From: Octopus vulgaris
Lineage: Eukaryota
NCBI GenBank assembly: GCA_951406725.2
Contig: OX597834.1
Coordinates: forward strand, 10,974,001-11,038,000
Length of the DNA: 64,000 nucleotides
Direction: 5' to 3'
The notes beneath the pieces are model-generated. The model was not told the DNA's origin, made no database searches, and was given only the letters and a program-made list of their open reading frames with translations. Position numbers and translations under genes: made by a program. Below are positions 14,283-26,735 of the stretch, one piece after another (within the stretch, counting starts at the first letter, position 1; each line of letters starts with the position of its first letter).

Positions 14283-14548
14283 ATGTATATATACATATAT
14301 ATTTGAATGTAAAGCTCAAAGTCTGTGTGTCTGTGTGTCTGTAGATCTATAGGACGAGAGTGGAATAGGAGATACATAAAAACAAAATATGTGTTCCCAT
14401 AGAATTTTGTACGAGAAAGACAATGCGCTAGATGTATAAATACGCATATACATATGCATATATATATGTACATATATAAATATACGCGTATATAAATGAT
14501 TTCTTTACTTATTCATTCCCTTACTGATAACATAGTAGATTTTTCATT

Positions 14549-14584
<36 letters not shown>

Positions 14585-14587
<3 letters not shown>

Positions 14588-14735
14588 CTTATAAATTAAG
14601 GGCAAAAGAAAAATTATAATGCCAAATATGCCGAAAATTGACAAAATTGTCAATAACCATTATAATTTTTGCGTCTCGAAACAAACTGATAGAAATTTGG
14701 AAAACATTTTTCTTTTGCCCTTATTTTATAAGTTA
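14585..14735. repeat. Short foldback with ~30-bp imperfect inverted arms next to (TA)n
   Basis: TAACTTATAAATTAAGGGCAAAAGAAAAAT vs ATTTTTCTTTTGCCCTTATTTTATAAGTTA. Confidence 0.75.
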
Positions 14736-14832
14736 TTTATAAATTTAGCCTTTAAAGGTATTTTTTAATATGCTGGCCATTGATAAAATTTTTGTTTTTC
14801 TTTTCGAAAAAATTTTTGTCCTACATTAGTTG

Positions 14833-14866
<34 letters not shown>

Positions 14867-15287
14867 CAATGGGCTTCTACACAGTTTCCGTCTACCAAAT
14901 TTTCTGACAAGGTATTGTCGGCCCAGTGCTATAATGAGACTGAACTAGAATCCGCGTGGCTGCAAAGCGATTATGCATCATGTGTCTAAGTTAGGATACA
15001 TGGTCAGCAATTTTCTACGATGCAGTAACATCGTTTGTACCTCTTGGTCCTAACAATAATATATATACATTTATATATATATACTTTATAATTAGGGTTC
15101 AGCAAAGATTTGTTTCACTACATACCGAAGTTTAGAAATAGCAGTCAAAAAATCTTAGCTATTCCTTCTACTTTAAAAGGGGCTGCCAGAAAAACCAAAG
15201 TACTTGAAAACGATCCACGCAGGCAAAAGGGAAAAATAACGAAAATCAATCTATATTAGGTAAAAAAATATCGTTTGTATATATATA

Positions 15288-15321
<34 letters not shown>

Positions 15322-15324
<3 letters not shown>

Positions 15325-15512
15325 TTAATCCAATCAAGAAAGCACAAAAAAACACAACAACGCGAGGACGTGGAACAAATATAGTATTATTGGAAGCTCA
15401 GGAAAGAAGGAGGGTTTAACGTTTCGGGCAGAGCTCTTCGTCGGAAACATAGGAGAAGGAAAGATCCCGAGAAGGGAAGACAGAGGAAACAAAATCGCCA
15501 ACGGTACACACG
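15322..15512 (-). mobile_element. Penelope-like short unit, family P1, hammerhead motif at 15414-15448
   Basis: Minus strand GTTT-CCGACGA-A-GAGC-TCT-GCCC-GAAACGT-T-AAAC; flanked by TA repeats; homologous to the 29.7, 53.9 and 57.2 kb copies. Confidence 0.75.
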
Positions 15513-16347
15513 ATATATATATAAACAAATGATATTTTTTACCTTTTCTCTTATGTGTAACTTTAGATTACTAACGTAATAATGCTAGAAGGATCTGCAC
15601 TCAAAGTGCAGCTGCAGTATTTGGTGTCCATATTAATTTGTTAAAACGTTGTGTCTTTAGATTGTTGACGACACTGAGGTAAATGTTTTGACAATGACAA
15701 TAAATATAGTCGCAGATTCAATGCAGCAGGAGACAGATGAAACGCCTATACGTGCTCATTGAACTAGCTAGAAATAATAGCCAAATTTGGCTCATCTCTA
15801 AAACCTGCCCCGTTTAAGATAAGGAAAAAAGACCCGATGAATAATGGTCTCTGGAAAATTTATCACTGAATAATAAAGCGACAGCCAATGGTAAACGCTG
15901 ATATGCATTTTTTCCAAGGTTTGCTAAATTAGAGATGATCAGGGTTAGAAAAATAGAAGAGAAGGGGCGGCCGGAGTTGTGGGTGTTCCTTCGTGTGTTC
16001 CGTTACTACATGAGTTAACGATGAGATGAGCCTGCTTAATACGGCAGTTTATTCCTTGTGAAATCGCGTCATAATTCTTTAGAAAACAGCGCATTTAATA
16101 GATACAGTTTTGAAATTAAGATGGTTTGTTCAAGGCATGAAAGGCCATGGCCATAAATCTTCTCAGACTGACGTATCTTCGCCTAAGCAGTAATAATTAG
16201 AACGTAATTCGAATGAATAATATGCAATAAATAATTATTGTGATAGCTACAGCAATGAATACCATACCGAATTCAATACATGACGGGTTAAGTAATGTTA
16301 CTCTGTCTTCTGATATTAAATACATCTGTGTTGTACCAAATAAGTAC

Positions 16348-16585
16348 CTATTTCTTTACTAGCCACAAGGGGCGGCTAAACACACAGAGAACAAACAAGG
16401 ACAGACACACGGATTAAGTCGATTATATCGACCCCAGTGCGTAACTGGTACTTATTTAATCGACCCCGAAAGGATGAAAGGCAAGGTCAACCTCGGCGGA
16501 ATTTGAACTCAGAACGTAACGGCAAATGAAATACGGCTACGCATTTCGCCCGGCGTGCTAACGTTTCTGCCAACTCGCCGCCTTT
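16348..16585 (-). mobile_element. SINE family B monomer with 14-bp TSD
   Basis: TACCAAATAAGTAC at 16334-16347 and 16587-16600. Confidence 0.92.
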
Positions 16586-16603
16586 CTACCAAATAAGTAC
16601 CAA

Positions 16604-16928
16604 AGGCGTAGGAGTGGCTGTGTGGTAAGCAGCTTGCTAACCAACCACATAGTTTCGGGTTCAGTCCCACTGCGTGGCATCTTGGGCAAGTGTCTTCTAC
16701 TATAGCCTCGGGTCGACCAAAGCCTTGTGAGTGGATTTTGTAGACGGAAACTGAAAGAAGCCCGTCGTATATATGTATATATGTGTATATGTGTGTATAT
16801 GTTTGTATGTCTGTGTTTGTCCCCCCAACATCGCTTGACAACCGGTGCTGGTGTGTTTATGTCCCCGTAACCTAGCAGTTCGGCAAAAGAGACAGATAGA
16901 ATAAGTACTGGGCTTACAAAGAATAAGT
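16604..16928 (+). mobile_element. SINE family A, 3' end cut by the foldback element
   Basis: AGGCGTAGGAGTGGCTGTGTGG head, box B GGTTCAGTCC. Confidence 0.9.
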
Positions 16929-17229
16929 TTTTGTGGATCTGTTTTCGGCATTTTTGGCCATTTTCTGTTTTGGCGACTTCAAGCTATGAAGTCGTCGTTC
17001 TAAAAGAAGACTGGTCTCCTTGACAACGCTTTACGACGTCGATTTCCTTACACTGCCTTCCCCACAGGTTCACGAGGGAGGGAAGGAGGGGAGGACCTAC
17101 ACAGGTGCAGGTACGAGCTGGACGCCAACTCCGCCGCCACCGACACACGAAAAAATTGGAAGAAGCCAGACGACAGATTCACAGTCAACTTACGGACAAC
17201 TCGGCCACGGATCTTTTCTTTTTGAACGG

Positions 17230-17260
<31 letters not shown>

Positions 17261-17800
17261 GCACACACACACACACACACGCACGCACACACACACACAC
17301 GCACACACGCACACGAACACACGCACATGCATACATGCACACACAGACGCACACACACGCACACACGCATGCACACACACACACGCACATGTGTGTGCGT
17401 GTGTGCGTGTGTGCGTATGTGTGTGCATGTATGCATGTGCGTGTGTGCGTGTGTGTGCGTATGTGTGAGTGTGTGTGTGCGTGTGTGCGTGTGCGTGTGT
17501 CGTTCAAAAGGAAAATATCCGTGGCCGAGTTGTCCGTAGTTGATTGTGAAGCTGTCGTCTGGGTTCTCCCAAGTCTTCGTGTGGCGGCGGCGTTGGCGTC
17601 GATGCTCACACCTGCACCTGTGTAACTCCTCCCCTTCTTCCCTCCCTCGTGAAGCTGTGGTGAAGCCAGTGTAAGGAAATCAACGTCGTAAAGCGTTGTC
17701 AAGGAGACCACCGTTCTTTCCAGCGTCGACTTCATGGCTTGAAGACGCCATGCTCAAAACAGAAAATGGCTAAAAAAGCCGAAAACAGATCCACTAAAAC
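16927..17800. mobile_element. ~870-bp imperfect palindrome (foldback/MITE-like) with nested GGATC termini and a (CA)n/(TG)n centre
   Basis: GGATCTGTTTTCGGC at 16935 and GCCGAAAACAGATCC ending 17792; arms alignable throughout; centre CACATGTG near 17389. Confidence 0.85.
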
Positions 17801-17893
17801 GGAGAAACCGCCACACGGGACAGGGTTCCCGTGCAAAGAATTTGTACAACCGAATGAATTAGTTGTTGCACAAATTTTACATACGAAATATTT

Positions 17894-18373
17894 GGATCTT
17901 TTCCTTTTGAACGGCACTTTTCAACACAATTTCTATTTAACTAAACACTTTTAAACTTCGTATACTGGTAGAATGTGTCAAAATAAAACATTTTTTGGAT
18001 CTTTTCCTTTTCAACGGCACTTTTCAACACAATTTCTAGTTAACTAAACACTTTTAAACTTCGTATACTGGTAGAATGAGTCAAAATAAAACAATTCTTT
18101 CTCTTGGCTTTCTCGAGAAAATGTAGGGTTAGGGTTAGTGACAGGATGTTGTCTAAGTTTTAGACACAGCAAATGATTTTAGCTCAATAGAGGCCATTGA
18201 TTGGTTAAAATTCGAAAAATTAAACTACGTTAAACAAATTACAAATTTCTCAAGAAAGCCAAGGGAAAAAAAAATGTTTTATTTTGACACATTCTACCAG
18301 TATACGAAGTTTAAAATTGTTTAGTTGACTAGAAATTGTGGTGGAAAAAGTGCCGTTCAAAAGGAAAAGACCC
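17894..18373. mobile_element. GGATC-terminal MITE with a doubled left end (17894 and 17997) and internal TTAGGG
   Basis: TIR GGATCTTTTCCTTTTGAACGGCACTTTTC ... GAAAAAGTGCCGTTCAAAAGGAAAAGACCC. Confidence 0.85.
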
Positions 18374-18579
18374 CATTTATGTTTCGGGAAACGGAAAGAA
18401 AAAAAAAAGAGAGAAGAAAAGAACAAGCAGCAGCAGCATCGATTTTTATGCCGTTGTAAACATGCAATTGTCCACTCTGACTTATTTCTCTCGATTCAGA
18501 TTTGTCTTAATTATGCAGATTACACTAAGCCATAATTATTCTCTAGTCTTTGCATATCTCTAAGACGAGTCTAGATAAT

Positions 18580-18730
18580 AGGCGCAGGAGTGGCTGTGTG
18601 GTAGGTAGCTTGCTAACCAGCCACCCACATAGTTCCGGGTTCAGTCCCACTGCGTGGCATGTTGGGCAAGTGTCTTCTGCTATAGCCCCGGGTCGACCAA
18701 TGCCTTGTGAGTGGATTTGGTAGACGGAAA
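18580..18730 (+). mobile_element. SINE family A 5' half fused to the SINE B array
   Basis: Head and core present; switches to family B at AAAC microhomology. Confidence 0.85.
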
Positions 18731-19997
18731 CACAGAGGGGACAAACAAGGACAGACAAAGAGATTAAGTAAATTACATCAACCCCAGTGCGTAACTGGTA
18801 CTTAATTTATCGACCCCGAAAGGATGAAAGGCAAAGTCGACCTCGGCGGAATTTGAACTCAGAACGTAGCGGCAGACGAAATACCTATTTCTTTACTACC
18901 CACAAGGGGCTAGACACAGAGGGGACAAACAAGGACAGACAAACAGATTAAGTCAATTACATCAACTCCAGTGCGTAACTGGTACTTAATTTATCGACCC
19001 CGAAAGGATGAAAGGCAAAGTCGACCTCGGCGGAATTTGAACTCAGAACATAACGGCAGATGAAATACCTATTTCTTTACTACCCACAAGGGGCTAGACA
19101 CAGAGGGGACAAACAAGGACAGACAAAGAGATTAAGTCAATTACCTCAATCCCAGTGCGTAACTGGTACTTAATTTATCGACCCCGAAAGAATGAAAGGC
19201 AAAGTCGACCTCGGCGGAATTTGAACTCAGAACATAACGGCAGACGAAATACCTATTTCTTTACTACCCACAAGGGGCTAGACACAGAGGGGACAAACAA
19301 AGGACAGACAAACAGATTAAGTCAATTACATCAACTCCAGTGCGTAACTGGTACTTAATTTATCGACCCCGAAAGGATGAAAGGCAAAGTCGACCTCGGC
19401 GGAATTTGAACTCAGAACATAACGGCAGATGAAATACCTATTTCTTTACTACCCACAAGGGGCTAGACACAGAGGGGACAAACAAGGACAGACAAAGAGA
19501 TTAAGTCAATTACCTCAATCCCAGTGCGTAACTGGTACTTAATTTATCGACCCCGAAAGAATGAAAGGCAAAGTCGACCTCGGCGGAATTTGAACTCAGA
19601 ACATAACGGCAGACGAAATACCTATTTCTTTACTACCCACAAGGGGCTAGACACAGAGGGGACAAACAAGGACAGACAAACAGATTAAGTCAATTACCTC
19701 AATCCCAGTGCGTTACTGGTACTTAATTTATCGACCCCGAAAGGATTAAAGGCAAAGTCGACCTCGGCGGAATTTGAACTCAGAACGTAACGACAGACGA
19801 AATACCTATTTCTTTACTACCCACAAGGGACTAAACACAGAGGGGACAAACAAGGGCAGACACACAGATTAAGTCAATTACCTCTTTCTCAGTGCGTTAC
19901 TGGTACTTAATTTATCGACCCCGAAAGGATGAAAGGCAAAGTCGACCTCGGCGGAATTTGAACCCAGAACGTAGCGGCAGACGAAATACGGCTACGC
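18729..19997 (-). repeat. Tandem array of seven SINE family B units (184-185 bp period)
   Basis: Unit starts CCTATTTCTTTACTACCCAC at 18884, 19068, 19252, 19437, 19621 and 19805, plus a partial first unit. Confidence 0.95.
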
Positions 19998-20494
19998 CAA
20001 TATATTAATATATTGAGCAAATCAATCCATTTTCAAAGTGAGCATAGTGGTATCAAATCTGAGTTTTGACCATAGCGTAGTGGAAGTCGCACCTACACAA
20101 CTGTTCTTGAAACTATGATGAAGACATACCGTATCAGGCATGCCGTATTGATATATTCCTATGGCTTGCTATTTAATTTGTTCTGAGAATATAATATGAT
20201 ATATTTGAGAAGAACCTTTTATTACATAGCAATGGAACTGGTTGATAGTTTGGATAGTTTGAAAGTAACTGATATCGAATCTAATACTTTGATGAAATAC
20301 GTATCTTCAGAATGTACTAAATGATATCATCTTGTTTGGTAATTATTCCATCACAACACACGAACAGATAACCATGCAATTACTGATCGATTTGTTTGTC
20401 GAGAAATAAAAACATGTGGCCGTGTGTGTGAGTGTATATATCGTTGTATCTATGGGTCCAACACACACACACTCACACACATATATATATATAC

Positions 20495-20594
<100 letters not shown>

Positions 20595-20673
20595 ATGGTT
20601 GTTTTCTGATAAGTTATATAGAAAAGCAATTTACTTGTAAACAAAAGAATTACTCAATATTCATTGGTTGATT

Positions 20674-20885
20674 TAGGCGGCGAGCTGGCCGAATCGTTAG
20701 CACACCGGGCAAAAAGCTTGGCAGTATTTCTTGTCTTTTACGTTCTGAGTATAAATTCAGCCGAGGTGGTGGTGAAGATCTTTGCTTTTCACCCGTTCTG
20801 GGTCGATTAAATACGTACAAGTCGAGGAGTGGTGGTCGATGTAATCTCTCCAACTTGTTGGCCTCGTCCCAAAATTTGAAATCAA
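20674..20885 (+). mobile_element. Older diverged SINE B-related copy
   Basis: AGGCGGCGAGCTGGCCGAATCGTTAGCAC head. Confidence 0.7.
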
Positions 20886-20981
20886 TATTCATTAGTAGAA
20901 AATATTAACATAAGATTTTTACCAAGTGTGGTGACAGTGACTTCGAAGTTTTTGCTGGTTAGGCTTCTTCTTGTACATGTT

Positions 20982-21270
20982 GGATCTTTTCCTTTTGAAC
21001 GGCACTTTTCAACACAATTTCTAATTAACTAAACACTTTTTAAACTTCGTATACCGGTAGAATGTGTCAAAATAAAACATTTTTTTCTCTTGGCTTTCTT
21101 GATAAAATTGTAATTTGTTTGTGTAACGTAGTTTAATTTTTCGAAATTTAACCAATAAATCGCCTCTAGTGAGCTAAAATCGTTTGCTGCGTCTACCAGT
21201 ATACGAAGTTTTAAAGTGTTTAGTTAACTAGAAATTGTGTTGAAAAGAGCCGTTCAAAAGGAAAAGATCC
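20982..21270. mobile_element. GGATC-terminal MITE with 8-bp TSD
   Basis: Long TIRs GGATCTTTTCCTTTTGAACGGC...GCCGTTCAAAAGGAAAAGATCC; flanks TACATGTT / TACATGCT. Confidence 0.9.
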
Positions 21271-22490
21271 TACATGCTTAATAAATATGCGTGTATGCAT
21301 ATCTATATAGAACTTTATGCATTAATGAATACATATATATATGTGTGTGTATGTATGTGTGTGTGTTTGTGTGTGTGTTTGCGATATTTTTTTTCAACGT
21401 TCCTAGTTTACAACTTTCTGAGTTAAAAAGAATCCAGGCACAATAAACAAATACCGGAAGGAGTGTTTGTGTTAAAATCAGACATTTTGTTTTCCTTCAC
21501 GGATTAGAGCATTTCTCACGAATCAATTACACAGTCATACACAATGCATTCAAAACAAACACACAAGTTATATACACATGTTCTCGTACACACGCATATA
21601 TAATATATATGAACGTATGTGTTAGGGGTATACATAAAAGGAACTGTAACTTAGTTATATCCAGCCCTCTACGATTAAGTAAATTCCTTCGCGTGTAATT
21701 TCTATCCTTAAAAAATTGTCAGTGTGGCGATGTTTAACATTGTTTACGGGCCAGTTAATCCAGGTTAACTCGAGTTGATGAATCTGAAATACTCGTTGAA
21801 ATTACATGTGGTCTTCTTACTGGGTTTTCTGCGGATTGGGCTTAGGGATCTCAGAGATCATGTATCACGTTCTAAAAGATAGGACGGGGACAACGTACAC
21901 CGTATTTGTAGGGTACATACCTCAGTTTATTTTCAGATACGCCGATAACTCCGATCAGCCAGCACATCATTGAAATACCCTGATTATAATTGCTTTTCCG
22001 GGGTACATGACCAAGACGTTACAGACGAGTCTAATGAAGTTGGGTAGATTTGTTGGAGACCGAAGGACATATTTTTAAAGATCGTTTTGCTCGCCTCCGC
22101 TGTTTACGTAGGAGATGAGAATATATTATCTTAGAAGCCTCTTCTGCAAACATTATCCAGCACACCACGACAATCATGGATTCGTCATAAATTGTTAAAG
22201 ATATATTCTAATATATGCCCTACATGTAGGAGAGTTTTTCTGACTAAGAGATGGTCCGTCATGGTACTCTGTTCCCAGCAGTACTCGTATCGGTCACAAG
22301 TCTTTTGTCTATGGTGACGGTCATAATACATGCTTGCACACACATACATACACACGCTACCAACACATATACACACACGTGTGTGTTTGTGTCTGTGCGT
22401 GTGTGTTTACGTGTGTGTCTATGTGTATGCCTGTATGCAGATAAGTATATATGTTTGTTTACGTATAAAATAATAGATGTACCCTCTTTT

Positions 22491-22663
22491 AAAACCTAGC
22501 CAGGCTCTGGTTTCTATGGCGTATGTTTTCCCCAACTGAACGGGACGCCAGTTTATCGCAGCGTAACTCAGCTGAGTGAACTAGAGCAACGTGGAATGAA
22601 GTGTTTTGCTCAAGAACACAACGCGTCGCCCGGTCCAGGAATTGAAACCACAATCTTACGATC
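22491..22663 (-). mobile_element. tRNA-derived SINE family C fragment
   Basis: Minus strand GGTTTCAATTCC box B followed by TGTGTTCTTGAGCAAAACACTT core-like motif; tail related to 24549-24849. Confidence 0.7.
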
Positions 22664-22990
22664 ATCATCATCATTGTTGGACCATGGTCGAGACAATGGA
22701 ATTTACCATGCTACGCCAAACTTCACGGTCCATCATAGCATTACGGAGGTCCTGTTGCTGGATGCCTGTATCCCTGGAGATTACATCAGAGTAGGAGAGT
22801 GTGCGCCTTCTGGTATTGCGAGTAGATGGCTTCCAGAGGAGAAAAGTAGAAATTGCCTCGTCTTCAGCTCTACAACAATGTCCAGCAAACTGGACACTCC
22901 TGCCTTTCACAAGAGATGACACAGGTGGTAGTTTCCCATATATTTGCATTTTGGTTGGATGACGCTTCCACGAGAGATTTTATAACACCC
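22660..22990 (-). mobile_element. 3' end of an RTE-type LINE with (GAT)n tail
   Basis: IYGKLPPVSSLVKGRSVQFAGHCCRAEDEAISTFLLWKP...AMMDREVWRSMV* matches the RTE post-RT C-terminus. Confidence 0.8.
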
Positions 22991-23296
22991 TAAACACTAA
23001 CCCACGCGCTTCCAAATTGTTTACGTATGCACTGCCCCAAATTTCACGTATTCTAATTTACGTTCTATTCTAAATAATTCTATCATATAGATTAAGTAAG
23101 GAAGCTGGGGAAAACGTAAAAGTAACAGGAAGATTGTACATGTTATATACTCATAAGTTACATCAATACAGACTGATTCACCATAGCACATCTCTCAGAA
23201 ACCGAAGATTTAGAGCTAATGTCTTCAGAATCTTAACAAGATTCTCCGAAAACGACCTGTAAAATGACGCCCAATTAATTTTCTATTTATTTACTA

Positions 23297-23689
23297 CTAG
23301 CAGTATCGCCCGGCGTTGCTCGGGTTTGTAAGGGAAATAACTATAAAGCATTTTTAGAGAGTTATAGCCAAAAAATAGCAAAAAATGCATTAAAAATGGA
23401 AAAAATATGATGGTAATTTTTTTTTAAATCGTTGACTCATCGTAGACATTTTTAGAGAGTTACTTCCCTTATATTTAAAAAAAATGCATTAAAATTGAAA
23501 AAAATGATGGTAAATTATTTTTAAAATCGTAGACTCATTGTAGACGCGCGCTAATACCCAGAAGGGCTCGATATGAATCACCACTATAAGATACCCTGGT
23601 TTTGGTTAAACTGCACCGCAAAATGTGGGAGTAGTTAGGAATCTAAATCGGAGTAGACAGACACACAACCTTACTTTTATATATAAAGA
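23297..23689 (-). mobile_element. Non-autonomous Helitron
   Basis: Minus strand: A|TCTTTATATATAAA 5' end; 3' hairpin CCCGAGCAACGCCGGG then GATACTGCTAG|T; no TSD. Confidence 0.85.
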
Positions 23690-24050
23690 TTACACATAGA
23701 AAATTTCATCTGGTCTGCAAACTCCATATCGGAGAACATAATACAAATGATTCTAGATTTATTTCTATTATATATTTTGCATCAATTCTTATTGAAACTC
23801 TGATCTATGTGAATATACACCATTTAATTAACCAGCTGTCCAGCAAAAGCATCATATGAACATTTGTAAGGTCATTAATGTTATACCATCAATAAATTAC
23901 TGTTTATCGATATAAAATATTTATAGTGTTTCTCACTATTGAAACTTATAAATGTCTGACGAAACTGCTCGTGATATGACTTCAACTGGGGATTAGCAGT
24001 TCGTAGGAGAGAAAACTAAGGGAGCGCATCTTCTGATTATAAGAGAATTG

Positions 24051-24471
24051 GGATCTTTTCGGTTTGAACGGCAGTTTTTTTTTCTAGCGGTGTCATATGA
24101 AGTTGTCACCCAAAATTATGACCCTAGAATCGATCTATTGCATTTCAATCTCTTTTAGGGTTAGGGTTAGGGTTAGTTAGTGTTAGGGTTAGGGTTTGGT
24201 GTGGGGGAGGGTATCTTTTTTCTTCACAAATGTAAATAAACCCAATTTGTTTCTTAAGCGAGGGACATATTCATACGGCACAGAATCCTTTTTAACTCAA
24301 TAGACGTCATTGATCGGTTGAAATTGCAGAAATTGAAGAAAAAAACATATATCTTACAAACTATAGAATTTTCTCAATAAAGCCAAGAGAAAATGATGTT
24401 TTATAAACACATGCTACCATTTAGTTACCTAGAAATTATGTTAAAGACTGCCGTTCAAAGCGAAATGATCC
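24051..24471. mobile_element. GGATC-terminal MITE variant carrying (TTAGGG)n
   Basis: GGATCTTTTCGGTTTGAACGGCAG...CTGCCGTTCAAAGCGAAATGATCC; flanks GAGAATTG / GACAATTA; telomeric repeats at 24155-24197. Confidence 0.85.
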
Positions 24472-24548
24472 GACAATTATCCTTGAAAATTACTGTAAGG
24501 GGGTTCATATATTAGATTTAAATTATTTATTTATGTATTTATTTATGC

Positions 24549-24849
24549 GCCCTTTTCAAGCCTAGCGAGGCTCGTGGGCCCGGTATCCAGGTTTCTGTGG
24601 CGTATGTGTTCTCCCCAGCTGAACGGGACGCTAGTCCATCGCAGCGTTACACAAGAAACAGGAAGAAAGAGTGAGAGAAAGTCGGGGCGAAAGAGTACAA
24701 CAGGGATCACAACCACCCCTTGCCGGAGCCTCGTGGAGCTTTGGGTGTTTTCGCTCAATAAACACACACAACGCCCGGTCCGGGAACCGAAACCGTGATC
24801 CCCTGACCGCGAGTACGCTGCCCTAAACACTGGGCTAATGTGTCTCCAC
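24549..24849 (-). mobile_element. tRNA-derived SINE family C
   Basis: Minus head GGTGGAGACACATTAGCCCAGTGTTTAGGGCAGCG..GGTTTCGGTTCCC with box A/B layout. Confidence 0.75.
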
Positions 24850-24867
24850 CAAGATTTAATTAGGGTA

Positions 24868-25240
24868 TCTCTCTCTATATAAACGGCAGTTTGTCTGTGC
24901 GTGTTTCTGTGTGTCTGTTTGCTTGTACCCTCACCCTGACCACAGCTTTCAACCGATTCTGATGAAACTTGACACACACATAGCCCAATGTCATAATTCA
25001 AAACTAACGCAGCGAAAATTTTGAAAAGTTCCCCCAGTTCTGAAAAAAATCGATAAATTCGACATGGGGTCGAGAAACAGAAACACAAACCGCAAACTGT
25101 CTAGGGGAGGCAACTCCACCTTTTTTAACTAAAAAAAAAAATTTACCATCATTTTTTTCCATTTTTTGGCTATAACTCTCTAAAAACGCTTTATAGTTGT
25201 TTCCCTTACAAACCTGAGCAACGCCGGGCGATACTGCTAG
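24868..25240 (+). mobile_element. Non-autonomous Helitron
   Basis: A|TCTCTCTCTATATAAA start; CCTGAGCAACGCCGGG hairpin; CTAG|T end. Confidence 0.85.
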
Positions 25241-25351
25241 TCATAAATAGATTTAACATCATAGGGAAGACCACAATTAATGTTACCAAAACCAAAACAG
25301 GGGATTTATCTACGTTACACAAGTCTCACAAACGTACACACGCACGTAAGC

Positions 25352-25690
25352 ATTTATTCTTTTAGTCTTTTACTTGTTTCAGTCATGTGACTGCGGCCAT
25401 GCTGGAGCACCGCCTTTAGTCGAGCAAATCGACCCCGGGGCTTATTCGTTTGTAAGCCCAGTTCTTATTCTATCGGTCTCTTTTGCCGAACCGCTAATGT
25501 GACGGAGACGTAAACACACCAGCATTGGTTGTCAAGCAATGCTAGGGGAACAAACACAGACACACAGACATATACACACACACACACACACATATATATA
25601 TTAGTAGAAGAAATAGCTATAACTCTTTGACTGCTATTTCTAAATTCGGTATGTGGTAAGGCAATTCGTTGCTAAACCCTTTATTGCTTA

Positions 25691-25727
<37 letters not shown>

Positions 25728-25887
25728 TACGACAGGCTTCTTTCAGCTTCCGTCTACCAAATCCACTCACAAGGCATTGGTCGGCCCGGGGCTATAGCAG
25801 AAGACACTTGCCCAAGATGCCACGCAGTGGGACTGAACCCGGAACCGTGTGGTTGGTTAGCAAGCTACTTACCACACAGCCACTCCT
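25352..25887 (-). mobile_element. SINE family A with a ~90-bp insert (25601-25690) in its microsatellite
   Basis: Full family A consensus on the minus strand. Confidence 0.9.
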
Positions 25888-26507
25888 CATGTATACACTC
25901 GCTGTTTATTGTCTATGTAAACAAGGACAAATGTCACGATGTTACGACACGTATCTCAGAGAGAAGATAAATAAATAGGTACGTGCTTGATCTATGTATG
26001 TGCTCTAAAGAGGAAGCTGTACAAGAGGAAAGGAAATAAAATGCAGTAGGATATAATAATGGCGGTAATATCTATTGTAGTTGAAAACGTCATATTAAAA
26101 TAATAGTCGCAAGGTTATGTAAGTATATCAAGCAACAAATCAATAAATAAATATTAGTATAGGGATGTTCTTTCAAGTATCAGTAGATGTAGAGTTAGCA
26201 TGAATACTACAAAATATGAACTGCTTTCTATTAGAATAAGTATGGTGAGTAAAACCGGTTCTAAGAAAGGTGGGGGGGGGGTGACTGTTGAGTAAGAGAG
26301 GGTAGTAAAGGTTAATAGTTGAAAGGAATTGATAGAGGGATGTTTGTTTCGCTAAGAAAGAAAGTGTGTACGTAGCTGTGTGCAAAGCGAGTGGCTGTGA
26401 TGCGTAGTAGCATATTTTATGTTGGGAGGAATAAGAAAGAAAAAAAATTGGTAAATGAAAGGGGAAGTTGGGGAGAAGTTTGAGAGGATAAGGAGTGGGA
26501 ATAAAAT

Positions 26508-26543
<36 letters not shown>

Positions 26544-26545
26544 TT

Positions 26546-26735
26546 AAATGCCATGATGCCTACCAGACACTAGCTCTCATGGCTTCTAATCTTAACTGAT
26601 TGGAAGTGTTATCTCGTATATGATTTGTCTGGGTATAAAAGATGGCGTACAGCAAATGTGTAGACCACAGATGGGTATACTGGACTTTGTATATTTAACC
26701 CCAGTATCACTTTGATGGCATGCACTACTCTCTCA
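26546..26735. mobile_element. Internally deleted copy of the (AAT)n-anchored element
   Basis: AAATGCC.TGATGC..TACCAGACA start and CAGT.TCACTTTGATGGCATGCACT.CTCTC end shared with the 43.8, 44.2 and 55.7 kb copies. Confidence 0.75.

Noticed and set aside
16604-16680. tRNA-like sequences with box A/B
   Set aside because: They are SINE heads continuing into SINE bodies; no complete cloverleaf with a proper acceptor stem was seen
18729-19997. Regular array resembling CRISPR or a tRNA cluster
   Set aside because: No unique spacers; units are 184-bp SINE bodies also found dispersed with TSDs; eukaryotic context, no cas genes
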